64,000 nucleotides of DNA from Gammaproteobacteria bacterium (GTDB taxonomy: Bacteria > Pseudomonadota > Gammaproteobacteria > Eutrophobiales > Eutrophobiaceae), in the NCBI GenBank assembly GCA_965238225.1, contig OZ250183.1, positions 1,344,001 through 1,408,000 on the forward strand, written 5' to 3'. The notes under the pieces were generated by a model. It saw only the letters and a program-made list of their open reading frames with translations. It ran no database searches and was not told the DNA's origin. Of the stretch, positions 11,263 through 21,398 are shown piece by piece (position 1 is the stretch's first letter; the number at the start of each line of letters is the position of its first letter). The position numbers and the translations under genes are program-made.

Positions 11263-12434
11263 ATGAATAACTACGAAATCATATTTTATCTGTTGTTATT
11301 GATTAATCTCTGCGCGATTGGCTATTTATTATTCGCTAGTTTTTGCATCATTAGGCTTCGAAAAATCAAAAAAACCCCCATACCTTCTCAAGCTTTACAC
11401 CGCCTGTCACGATATTTAAACCTATTTGTGGTTTAGAACGCGGCATAGATAAGAATTTACGATCATTTTGCGAACAAGATTATCCTGAATACCAAATCAT
11501 CTTTGGGTTGCATGGAAAAGATGATGCGGCAATTCCTGTGATTGAAAAGATTATCCATGATTATCCGCATCTGGATTTAAAAATGGTCGTCGATGCACGG
11601 TTACATGGCTCAAACCGTAAGGTCTCCAATCTAATTAATATGTTTCACTTGACCAAATATGACATTCTACTGGTTGCAGACAGTGATATGCATGCCAGTA
11701 AACATTACCTGCGCAATATTGTTGCGCCATTTGCCGATACCGCAAACGGTGCTGTCACCTGCCTTTATTCAGGTCGTGCCGCAGGTAATATCGCTTCAAA
11801 ACTAAATGCCATGTATATCAATGAATGGTTTCTCCCTTCGGTGCTTATCTCAAATGCGCTGAAAGATATTAGTTATTGTCTGGGGGCGACGATGGCCATA
11901 CGCCGTGGAATATTGACTAATTTTGGAGGTTTCAAGGCGCTGGCTGATTATCTGGCTGATGACTACATGCTGGGTCAAATGGTCACAAAATGCGGCTATA
12001 AAATACATTTATCGCACACGATAGTAGAAAACATGTCCTACGAATCAAGCTATAAATCATTGTTCTTGCATGAGCTTCGTTGGGCTAGAACACTCAGAGC
12101 CGTTGAACCACTGGGCTATCTCGGCACCTTTTTGACCGACGCATTAGTAATAAGTAGCCTGACTACATTATTCGCGTTGATATTCACACAACACACATTT
12201 TTACCAGCAACGATTTTAGTGACTACGATTACTGCTCGAATTTTTCTACATCTACAGGTAAAATCGGTGCTTAGTTTAAGTGGTGTGGATTTATTGCTGC
12301 TTATTCCGGCGAGGGATATACTGTCATTTATTATCCGAATAATAAGCTTTACCGTACATTCATTTGAATGGAGAAATCGCATATTTTCTGTAGATGATGG
12401 CGGTCTGATGCATGAAGATTCAGGAAACCAATGA
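11263..12434 (+). pseudogene. hpnI: Hopanoid-associated glycosyltransferase HpnI (ceramide glucosyltransferase-like GT2), frameshifted between ~11355 and 11400
   Basis: The N-terminal TM helix from ATG 11263 is in one frame. PPVTIFKPICGLE...SFCEQDYPEYQ, KVSNL, ADSD, LADDY and HELRWART are in the -1 frame, which has TAG at 11352. May be a sequencing error. Confidence 0.8.
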
Positions 12435-12544
12435 ACAGTCTTCAACTTGGTGAGATAAAAACTAAAGAAGACAATTAAAAACACGACAAGCTACAGATAA
12501 AATAGTTTTGTAGTTTTAATGAAGAATGCAGGAGTCCCGTTGGT

Positions 12545-13966
12545 ATGTTGAAAACATTATTTTTAAACCCACCCTCCTTTAATGGATTTGACGGTGGTGC
12601 TGGGTCTCGTTACCAATGTACACGAGAGGTAAAATCTTTCTGGTATCCAACATGGCTCGCTCAACTATCAGCTCTGGTTGAAGGCAGTCGCTTAATCGAC
12701 GCACCGGCAAGAAATATGTCGCTGGACAAAGTTTTACCTCTAGCAACTGATTATGAATTCCTAGTGCTGTATACAAGCACACCTTCATTTCTAAACGACG
12801 TAAAAATTGCAGAGGCATTCAAACGAGAAAATCCAAAATTACTCATTGGTTTTTGCGGTCCACATGTTGCAGTCAATCCAGATCACACTGTCCTTACTTC
12901 TGATGCTATTGATTTTGTCGCGGGGAACGAATTTGATTTCACCATTCAAGAAATCGCTAAAGAACAACCTTTAAAAGAAGTCGATGGCATTACCTACAAA
13001 AAAAATGGTAAACCAGTTCACAATAAAGACCGTGCATTGATTGAAGATATGGATTCACTGCCTTGGGTAACTAAAATCTATAAAGAAAATCTGGTCACAG
13101 AAGATTACTACAATGGCTACATGCTGCATCCTTACATGTCTTTTTATACTGGCAGAGGTTGCAAATCTCGTTGTACTTTTTGTCTCTGGCCACAAACTAT
13201 TTCTGGCCATAACTACCGCACCCGTTCAGTCGATAACATCATTGCAGAATTAATTTATGCAAGAGATAACTTCCCTGAGGTTAAGGAATTTTTCTTTGAT
13301 GATGATACGCTAACGGACAATATCGAACATGTAGAGGCATTAGCAAAAAAGATTGGCAAGTTAGGTATCACTTGGTCTTGCAATGCAAAAGCCAATGTCC
13401 CCTATGAAACACTGAAGATAATGAAAGACAATGGTCTGCGCCTTTTACTGGTCGGTTACGAATCCGGTAATCAGCAGATATTAATAAACATCAAGAAAGG
13501 CATAAGAACAGATATTGCGCGTCAGTTCACCAAAGACTGTCATAGTTTGGGCATCCTCATTCACGGAACTTTTATTGTTGGTCTTCCAGGAGAAACAGCG
13601 GACACTATTGAAGAATCAATTAAATATGCACAGGAACTAAATCCGCAAACCATCCAAGTGTCACTGCCTGCTGCTTATCCTGGAACATTTCTCTACAAAC
13701 AGGCAATTGAGAATGGTTGGTTAATAGATGACACCACATTGGTAGGCGATAATGGTGTTCAACATTCGGTGTTGAACTATCCACACCTGCCCAGTGATGA
13801 TATTTTTGAGGCTGTTGATAATTTCTACAAGCGCTTCTATTTCCGTCCGTGGAAAATGGCAACATTATTTTTCGAAATGTGTCAGGATTGGGAAATTATG
13901 AAACGTCGCCTTCGTGAAGGCGTGGAATTCTTTAAATTCCTTTTCGTGCGGGAGAGCACAGTCTGA
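12545..13966 (+). CDS. hpnJ: Hopanoid biosynthesis-associated radical SAM protein HpnJ
   Basis: MLKTLFLNPPSFNGFDGGAGSRYQ...SFWYPTWLAQ; CxxxCxxC motif CKSRCTFC; C-terminal FYKRFYFRP...RRLREG. Confidence 0.93.
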   Translation: MLKTLFLNPPSFNGFDGGAGSRYQCTREVKSFWYPTWLAQLSALVEGSRLIDAPARNMSLDKVLPLATDYEFLVLYTSTPSFLNDVKIAEAFKRENPKLLIGFCGPHVAVNPDHTVLTSDAIDFVAGNEFDFTIQEIAKEQPLKEVDGITYKKNGKPVHNKDRALIEDMDSLPWVTKIYKENLVTEDYYNGYMLHPYMSFYTGRGCKSRCTFCLWPQTISGHNYRTRSVDNIIAELIYARDNFPEVKEFFFDDDTLTDNIEHVEALAKKIGKLGITWSCNAKANVPYETLKIMKDNGLRLLLVGYESGNQQILINIKKGIRTDIARQFTKDCHSLGILIHGTFIVGLPGETADTIEESIKYAQELNPQTIQVSLPAAYPGTFLYKQAIENGWLIDDTTLVGDNGVQHSVLNYPHLPSDDIFEAVDNFYKRFYFRPWKMATLFFEMCQDWEIMKRRLREGVEFFKFLFVRESTV

Positions 13967-13971
13967 AAAAA

Positions 13972-14814
13972 TTGATTGTGACAGGCGATGATTTTGGTCT
14001 GTCAATCCCCATCAACGAAGCTGTTTCCCAAGCTCATCAAAAAGGCATTCTCACATCAACCAGTTTGATGGTTTCTGCAACTGAAGCAGATGATGCAATC
14101 GCACGAGCCAAGCAGTTGCCAAATCTTAATGTTGGTTTACATCTAGTGCTATCCAATGGTTGTTCCTGTCTACCGCACAGTGACATTCCTAATCTTGTAA
14201 ATACTGATGGTGAATTTTCAAATAGGCTTGTCAGTAATGGCATCAAGATATTTTTCAAAGCAAGCGTCAAGCAGCAATTGAAAGATGAAATCCGCGCACA
14301 ATTCGAAGCATTTCAAAAAACTGGACTACGCCTTGACCATGTGAATGCGCATAATCATTTTCACCTTCATCCTACCGTCTTTGATGCCATCATCGAGATT
14401 GGCAAAGATTATGGAATGAATGCTGTCCGAGTCCCTGATGAAAGACCTCTACATGTACTGATAAATCACCCTAAAGAAAAAATAACGCGATTTGCCATTT
14501 GGCTACTCCTCAAGCCATTTATTTTAAGAATGAAAAAGCGACTCATTAAAAATAAAATTAAATTTAATGCGAATATTTTTGGTTTGCATCATACCGGGCA
14601 CATGAATCTTAATACTCTAGCTCGGATACTTCCAAACCTCAAAGATGGCTTGTCAGAAATTTATCTGCACCCAGCAACGAAACTATGGGATGACATTGAT
14701 CCGCTTACAAAAGATTATGAATTTGAAGCAGAATACAAAGCACTCATTCATCCACGAGTAAAACGTATCATCGAAAAATTTTCGATTGAGTTAACAACTT
14801 TTCAAGAAGCCTAG
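13972..14814 (+). CDS. hpnK: Hopanoid-associated YdjC/ChbG-family deacetylase HpnK
   Basis: IVTGDDFG, VGLHLVL, LDHVNAHNHFHLHP, EIYLHPA. The true start may be CTG at 13963, overlapping the hpnJ stop. Confidence 0.9.
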   Translation: MIVTGDDFGLSIPINEAVSQAHQKGILTSTSLMVSATEADDAIARAKQLPNLNVGLHLVLSNGCSCLPHSDIPNLVNTDGEFSNRLVSNGIKIFFKASVKQQLKDEIRAQFEAFQKTGLRLDHVNAHNHFHLHPTVFDAIIEIGKDYGMNAVRVPDERPLHVLINHPKEKITRFAIWLLLKPFILRMKKRLIKNKIKFNANIFGLHHTGHMNLNTLARILPNLKDGLSEIYLHPATKLWDDIDPLTKDYEFEAEYKALIHPRVKRIIEKFSIELTTFQEA

Positions 14815-14829
14815 GTGGCCTTTTAAATT

Positions 14830-15435
14830 ATGGTTGGAGATTCTTGGACGCATAAAATAGCACGGGTTTGTATCTTGCCGCTTGTTAATACGCCTGTCAC
14901 GCCAAACCATCTGACAACCTTAAGATTAATTACTGGCATAGCTGCTTGTGGTCTATTTGCCATAGGAACGACACAGTGGAACTCCTATGGCGGTTTACTA
15001 TGGCTATTATCTACTTTTCTAGACCGCGCAGATGGTGAGCTGGCTCGCGTCAGCGACAAAACCAGTCTGTGGGGTCATCAATATGATTATTACTCAGATA
15101 TGTTTGTCACAGCATTATTCTTTATTGGAATCGGTATTGGCTTAAGAAATACAAGCTGCTGGAATATAGAGCTTAGATTTTGGACGATTGTCATGGGCAT
15201 TTGTGCAGCGACTGGTGTGATTGTTGCTGAAATCCTTGCCGAAAAAATTGATGAGGCGCAAAAAGATACTGGAAAAAAGGCCTATGCCGGTTTTGCTGGT
15301 TTTGATTTTGATGACATAATATATCTCTTCGCGCCTGTTGTTTGGTTAAATCTACACATACCTTTTCTGATAGGTGCTACAGCAGGCGCGCCAGCATTTG
15401 CCTTGCTTACTTGGTATCGCTTCAAGAAACTTTAA
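14830..15435 (+). CDS. CDP-alcohol phosphatidyltransferase family protein
   Basis: VTPNHLTTLRL and DRADGELAR...GHQYDYYSD signature; starts 15 bp after hpnK. Confidence 0.9.
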   Translation: MVGDSWTHKIARVCILPLVNTPVTPNHLTTLRLITGIAACGLFAIGTTQWNSYGGLLWLLSTFLDRADGELARVSDKTSLWGHQYDYYSDMFVTALFFIGIGIGLRNTSCWNIELRFWTIVMGICAATGVIVAEILAEKIDEAQKDTGKKAYAGFAGFDFDDIIYLFAPVVWLNLHIPFLIGATAGAPAFALLTWYRFKKL

Positions 15436-15635
15436 GCTAGATTATTATTAAATATAGATATTAAGACTAAAATCATAAGCATTTAAAAAAATAAGGCGAT
15501 CTATATATTCGGAAATACGAATATTCTACTGGAGCTAAAACCCTAATTTTTCTGCTAAGGAATCACCGCAAAGCAACTCTTGACCAACATCAAAAAAAAT
15601 AATAAAGCACAATTAATAAATCACAATCGCAAAAA

Positions 15636-17891
15636 TTGAATAAATATTTCATCATATCAACTCTAATCATGTCTATATTTTTGACTCCCGTCATATCCGT
15701 CATGGCAAGTGAAGCAAAGTTAGATTGGTCGCTATGCGCAGACTCATCAAACATCCCCGCACGTCCAGTCGTTTTTCCTAAATTGACATTAGACGAAATA
15801 CACATTACGGCAGATAATGCTGATGTGAAAGCAAAAGAAACCTCTACACTAGATGGAAATGTTGAGATTATGCATAATGATCAACACATCAAATCCAACC
15901 ATGCTCAATTCAACCGAGCAGATGATGTTGCTGATTTGCAAGGTAATATTCAGTATTGGGATAAATCACTTTATCTGGAAGCTGATAAAGCACATATTGA
16001 ATTCAAAGCCGATACTGGTCAATTCGAAAATACTAAGTATGTACTCAAAGATACTCATGGGCATGGGCAAAGCGCTAATCTCGAGATGAAGAGTAATAAT
16101 GAAATTAATTTAAAAAACGCCGACTACAGTACCTGCGATCCAAAAAATAAACTCTGGTCTCTATCTGTAAAAGAAATTAATTTTGATCGCGTAAAAGAAT
16201 GGGGTAGTGCTAAAAACATCATATTTAAAATTAAAGATATGCCGATATTTTACAGCCCATACATATCATTCCCTTTAAACAAGAAAAGAAAGACCGGGTT
16301 TTTAATGCCCAGCGTGGAAAATTCAAATCGACATGGCTTTCAAACACAAACACCTTTTTATTGGAATATAGCCCCGCAAACGGACGCGACATTGACTCCC
16401 AGATTGCTCGCGGATAGCGGTGTAATGCTGATGGGCGAATTTCGTCATGTATATAAAAATGGCGACATCCAAATCCGCACTGAATATCTCCCCAGTGATA
16501 AACAATTCGACGACAAGAATAGAAACCTCCTTGGATTGAAACATCAATATAAGTTTGCAAGCAATGGTAAATTCTCATTAAACTATAACAGGGTATCTGA
16601 TAAACAATATTTTGAAGATTTTGGCGCGTCTCTTGGCATCACCAGCACACGTTTTCTACAACAACGTGGTGATATTTCATATGTTGCGAATTGGTGGGGT
16701 GCCAGTATGAGACTGGAAAATTACCAGCTTGTTACCCAAACAACCACTGTCGCTGGCAGGCCGTATAAACGTCTACCGCAAATAAATTTCAATGCACATT
16801 CCCCGAACGGTACTAACAAATTTTATTATGATTTAAATGGTGCATTTACATATTTCGATCGCGATAATGACGTAAGCTTTGTAGATAACGTACTTGGCAC
16901 AAGGCTTAATTTATTACCTTCTGTAAGCTATCCATATAGAACTGCTTCTATGTTCGTGACACCAAAAATTAGTTTGCATTTTACACAATACGATCTACAT
17001 AATACAAACACATTTGAATCAAGCCCTAGTCGCTTATTGCCCGTGGTAAGTATTGATAGTGGCATTTTTCTTGAACGTGATTTCTCTTTATTTGGAAAAA
17101 GAACATTACAAACACTCGAACCTAAACTTTTTTACCTTTATATCCCTAAAGAAAATCAGGATAATTTACCTATATTTGACACCGATACTTATGATTTCTC
17201 TTTCGATTCATTATTCAGAGAATATCGCTTTAGCGGTAATGATCGCGTTGGTGATGCTAACCAATTGACTTTGGCATTGACCTCGCACCTCATAGACCAT
17301 AATACTGGTAAAGAAAAAGCTTATTTAAATTTAGGGAAAATTTATTATTTGGATAATAGGGAAGTGATTTTACCTAATAATTTAAGAATTGATGGTGAAA
17401 GCTCGCCATTCATCGCAGCATTTGGTGTGAAATTATCTAATCACTGGGGATTCAGAAGTGAACTGCACTGGAATCCAAATTCAAACACGACTGAAAAATT
17501 GCTCGCACAAATTCAATACAAACCAACGACAACCAAGACAATCAATCTTAGCTATCGTGTTCGCGACACCTCTAATGCTGGTGACAATCTAGCAAACATT
17601 GAGCAGAGTAATCTCTCCTTTCATTGGCCGTTTAACCAGAGTTGGAGCATAGTTGGTCGATGGAATTATGCAACCGCAAAAAACAAGTCATTGGAAATTT
17701 TCGGTGGTATTGAATATGATGGTTGCTGCTTTGCTTTCAAAACAATTACTCGGCGATTTTTAACTAATATAAATGGAGACTTTGATACAGGCGTATTTTT
17801 TTACCTTGAGTTCAAAGGTCTTGCAGATACTGGGCATAAAACGATAGACTTTCTGAGGCAAAGAATTCCCGGTTATGAGGGCAATTTTTAA
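15636..17891 (+). CDS. lptD: LPS-assembly protein LptD
   Basis: YSTCDP, RKTGFLMPS, PFYWNIAPQTDAT, RFSGNDRVGDANQ, YDGCC; upstream of surA. Confidence 0.95.
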   Translation: MNKYFIISTLIMSIFLTPVISVMASEAKLDWSLCADSSNIPARPVVFPKLTLDEIHITADNADVKAKETSTLDGNVEIMHNDQHIKSNHAQFNRADDVADLQGNIQYWDKSLYLEADKAHIEFKADTGQFENTKYVLKDTHGHGQSANLEMKSNNEINLKNADYSTCDPKNKLWSLSVKEINFDRVKEWGSAKNIIFKIKDMPIFYSPYISFPLNKKRKTGFLMPSVENSNRHGFQTQTPFYWNIAPQTDATLTPRLLADSGVMLMGEFRHVYKNGDIQIRTEYLPSDKQFDDKNRNLLGLKHQYKFASNGKFSLNYNRVSDKQYFEDFGASLGITSTRFLQQRGDISYVANWWGASMRLENYQLVTQTTTVAGRPYKRLPQINFNAHSPNGTNKFYYDLNGAFTYFDRDNDVSFVDNVLGTRLNLLPSVSYPYRTASMFVTPKISLHFTQYDLHNTNTFESSPSRLLPVVSIDSGIFLERDFSLFGKRTLQTLEPKLFYLYIPKENQDNLPIFDTDTYDFSFDSLFREYRFSGNDRVGDANQLTLALTSHLIDHNTGKEKAYLNLGKIYYLDNREVILPNNLRIDGESSPFIAAFGVKLSNHWGFRSELHWNPNSNTTEKLLAQIQYKPTTTKTINLSYRVRDTSNAGDNLANIEQSNLSFHWPFNQSWSIVGRWNYATAKNKSLEIFGGIEYDGCCFAFKTITRRFLTNINGDFDTGVFFYLEFKGLADTGHKTIDFLRQRIPGYEGNF

Positions 17892-17892
17892 A

Positions 17893-19194
17893 ATGAAATT
17901 TCACTACATGCATCTTCTGTTTGCAGGCTTTCTCCTTGTATTGCAAACATTTAATTCACTGGCAACTATGCAGCTAGATCGTATCGTTGCAGTAATTGAA
18001 AATAACATTATTATGCAAAGCGAGCTGGATGAAAAACTCCGAACGGTGGCAAGTCAAATGCAACAACAAGGCACTGGCCTGCCTCCTCCTAAAACTTTAG
18101 AGGCTCAGGTTCTGGAGCGTATGATTATGATGAGAATCCAACTTGAGAAAGCTGAAGAAACAGGAATCCATGTCGATGATGAAACACTAAACAAAGCAAC
18201 CAACGGCATAGCATCTGAAAATAATGTCAGCCTAAACAAGTTTAGAGAAATTCTCGAAAAAGATGGATTTAGTTATGAAAAATTTCGAGAAAATATACGT
18301 AACGAAATTATCATTTCACGACTCCGCCAACGCCAAGTGGACAACCGAGTTTCTATTACCAGTAAAGAAATCGACAATGCCCTCGCCAATATGGAGTTTC
18401 AAGGATATACAGAAACAGAATACCAGTTAAACCACATACTCATACCATTACCAGAAAACCCGACTCCAAGTGAAGAAGAGGATGCTCAACTAGCAGCTGA
18501 AAAAGTGCTTGAGGCTTTAAAAACAGGACAGGATTTTACAACCACGGCAGAAACTATATCGGATAATAAGAAAACACTTGAGACTAATGATTTGGGCTGG
18601 CGTAAAAAAAATGACATTCCTACGCTTTTCAGAACTAAGGTTTCCAGCATGGAAAAAGGTGACATCAGCGATCTCATTAAAAGCGCAAGCGGCTTTCATA
18701 TTATCAAATTAACTGACACGCAAAGCAATGAAAAACATATGATTACACAGATCAGCGCCCGTCACATATTGATTAAAGCTGATGAGCTAACCACAGAAGA
18801 AATTGCCTTGGGCAAACTAGAACAATTAAAAATACGTCTTGATGGTGGTGATGATTTTTCAAAGCTGGCTCGATCACATTCGGATGATATGATAAGCGCA
18901 GCTGACGGAGGAAACCTTGGTTGGTCTAGTCCTGGGAGACTGGTACCGAAGTTTGAAGAGGTAATGAATCAACTCAAAATCGGCGAGATAAGCCAACCTT
19001 TTGAGACACAATTTGGCTGGCACATACTGCAGGTTCTAGATCGTAGAGAGCATGACAATACTGAAAATTCCAGACGAGAAAAAATAGTGGAAATGATTCG
19101 TAGAAAAAAATCAACAGAAGCCTACCAAACTTGGTTGCGGCATCTTCGTGATGAGGCCTATGTAGAATACCGACTAAACGTGAATGAGAATTAA
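17893..19194 (+). CDS. surA: Chaperone/PPIase SurA
   Basis: LDRIVAVIEN; two parvulin domains (HILI...GFHII, ARHILIK...GGNLGW...GWHILQV); start placed at ATG 17893. Confidence 0.95.
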   Translation: MKFHYMHLLFAGFLLVLQTFNSLATMQLDRIVAVIENNIIMQSELDEKLRTVASQMQQQGTGLPPPKTLEAQVLERMIMMRIQLEKAEETGIHVDDETLNKATNGIASENNVSLNKFREILEKDGFSYEKFRENIRNEIIISRLRQRQVDNRVSITSKEIDNALANMEFQGYTETEYQLNHILIPLPENPTPSEEEDAQLAAEKVLEALKTGQDFTTTAETISDNKKTLETNDLGWRKKNDIPTLFRTKVSSMEKGDISDLIKSASGFHIIKLTDTQSNEKHMITQISARHILIKADELTTEEIALGKLEQLKIRLDGGDDFSKLARSHSDDMISAADGGNLGWSSPGRLVPKFEEVMNQLKIGEISQPFETQFGWHILQVLDRREHDNTENSRREKIVEMIRRKKSTEAYQTWLRHLRDEAYVEYRLNVNEN

Positions 19195-20221
19195 CAGCAA
19201 GCTACCACGTATTATCATCACAACAGGCGAACCTGCAGGCATTGGTCCTGACATCATAGTTCAAGTTGCCCAAGAAAATATTAACGCTGATATTGTTGTC
19301 ATAGGCGATCCGGATTTATTGCAGGATCGCGCATCTATATTAGGACTGCCTCTGTCATTAATTGAATTTAATGATACGAAAAACCAAAAACACACCACCA
19401 AAAACCTGAAAATTATTCCTGTTAAAACTAAAACTCATACTATTGCAGGGAATCTTGACACACGTAATGTTGAATACGTTCTGTATCTTCTGAAAACTGC
19501 CTGTAGAGCTTGTCTTAATCATGAATTTGACGCCATGGTTACTGCCCCAATTCAAAAATCGATCATTAATGATGCTGGTATTGTATTCAGTGGCCATACA
19601 GAATTTCTTGCAGATATTTGTCAGACCACCTCTGTCATGATGCTGGCAAATCATGCATTAAGAGTTGCACTGGTTACAACCCACCTGCCCCTGTCAAAGG
19701 TAAGCAAGACCATCACCAAAGATAAGCTAATCCAGATTTTGCAAATTATTGAAAGCGATCTTCGGAATAAATTTTCTATCAACAAGCCCCATATTCTAGT
19801 TTGCGGTTTAAACCCGCATGCGGGCGAGAATGGTCATTTAGGGTGTGAAGAAAACGATGTCATTATTCCAGCTATTAACACATTAAAAAACCAGGGCTTG
19901 GATATAATAGGCCCACAGCCGGCAGATACTGCATTCACACCGAAAATGATCGATAGCTTTGATATTATTGTCGCCATGTATCATGATCAAGGATTGCCTG
20001 TATTAAAATCTCTTGGGTTTGGTGAAGTAGTCAATGTTACTTTGGGATTGCCCATAGTCAGAACTTCTGTTGATCATGGAACTGCTCTTCAGCTTGCTGG
20101 CACAGGCAATGCCTCTCATTCAAGTTTATTAAAAGCAATTCAGTACGCTATTAATATAGCAGGCAATACATCCAATCGTTTTACTTCTAAAGATGCAACA
20201 TCACTGATGACGAATGGCTAA
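19184..20221 (+). CDS. pdxA: 4-hydroxythreonine-4-phosphate dehydrogenase
   Basis: GEPAGIGPD, GHTEFLA, GLNPHAGE, AMYHDQGL, RTSVDHGTA. Confidence 0.97.
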   Translation: MRINSKLPRIIITTGEPAGIGPDIIVQVAQENINADIVVIGDPDLLQDRASILGLPLSLIEFNDTKNQKHTTKNLKIIPVKTKTHTIAGNLDTRNVEYVLYLLKTACRACLNHEFDAMVTAPIQKSIINDAGIVFSGHTEFLADICQTTSVMMLANHALRVALVTTHLPLSKVSKTITKDKLIQILQIIESDLRNKFSINKPHILVCGLNPHAGENGHLGCEENDVIIPAINTLKNQGLDIIGPQPADTAFTPKMIDSFDIIVAMYHDQGLPVLKSLGFGEVVNVTLGLPIVRTSVDHGTALQLAGTGNASHSSLLKAIQYAINIAGNTSNRFTSKDATSLMTNG

Positions 20222-20230
20222 CACAGATCA

Positions 20231-21016
20231 ATGGCCGAACATAAAGCAAGAAAAAGATTTGGACAGCATTTTCTCCATAACCAAAATGTTGTTCAGCATA
20301 TTATCACAGCTATAAATCCACAAAAGAATCAGACAATCATTGAAATAGGTCCTGGTAAAGGTGTGCTTACAGATCCATTGTTAGAGTATGTCGATAAAGT
20401 ACACGTCCTTGAAGTTGATAGAGATTTAGCTCAGGCTCTAGCCAAGAAATATACGGATGAACAAAAAATTGTTATTCATTGCATTGATGCATTGACTTAT
20501 AACTTTAAGGGGTTAGGCAATCAGCATCTGCGTATCATTGGCAACCTGCCCTATAATATCTCAACACCTTTGATTTTTTATCTACTGGAAAATAGCCAGT
20601 TTATTGAGGATATGGTATTCATGCTTCAAGAAGAAATCATTGATCGTATGTGCGCTGCACCTGGAAACAAAGATTATGGGCGTCTCTCTGTAATGGTACA
20701 GGCTAATTGTCATGTTGAAAAATTGTTCACTGTCAATCCGGACGCATTTTCACCGCCACCCAAAGTCATGTCAGCAATTATAAAATTACGACCCTATGAT
20801 AAATTTTTGCAGCAGATTTCGGACTATCCCTGTTTCACACATATCGTAAAACAGGCATTTTCTCAAAGAAGAAAGACATTAAAAAATTGCTTGAAAGGAA
20901 TGCTCGGTGAACAACAGATAATGAATCTGGGCATTTCCCCTAAAGCACGAGCAGAAACCCTCTTAATTGATAATTTTATCCAGCTGGCGAACACTTGCTA
21001 TGAGAAAAATCAATAG
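20231..21016 (+). CDS. rsmA: 16S rRNA dimethyladenosine transferase
   Basis: ARKRFGQHFL, EIGPGKG, GNLPYNISTP, FSQRRKTL. Confidence 0.97.
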   Translation: MAEHKARKRFGQHFLHNQNVVQHIITAINPQKNQTIIEIGPGKGVLTDPLLEYVDKVHVLEVDRDLAQALAKKYTDEQKIVIHCIDALTYNFKGLGNQHLRIIGNLPYNISTPLIFYLLENSQFIEDMVFMLQEEIIDRMCAAPGNKDYGRLSVMVQANCHVEKLFTVNPDAFSPPPKVMSAIIKLRPYDKFLQQISDYPCFTHIVKQAFSQRRKTLKNCLKGMLGEQQIMNLGISPKARAETLLIDNFIQLANTCYEKNQ

Positions 21017-21225
21017 CTTAGGCTGTGGAAAACTCTGTGAATAAATTTTCTTGATTCATCTGTGTATTTCCTGAGTTTAAATTTCATATTACCGCTTCAT
21101 TGTATGATGAGGAATTATAATTATTCTTTATAATCAACAACTTATTTATTTTAATAATTCTTACGAATAGTAGCCACTATCAATAAATCACATAGTTTAT
21201 TATCATTTGGCTTGCTTGTGCATAA
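21008..21225. promoter_or_regulatory. Cluster of DnaA boxes and IHF consensus sites
   Basis: TGTGGAAAA 21024, TGTGAATAA 21036, TGTGCATAA 21217; WATCAANNNNTTR matches at 21008 and 21132. Confidence 0.55.
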
Positions 21226-21398
21226 CAACAGTTAAGCGTATCCATTCAATTGCATTGGCATATAACATCATCTTAATCCTGCAAACGCTCAAACAGAAAG
21301 CCTGTATGTTTAAATAATCAGATATAACAATTTGGTATGGCGTTTATGCTGGTTCCAAATAATAATACGCCTTCAATTTTAAGGAATTACCTTAGGAT

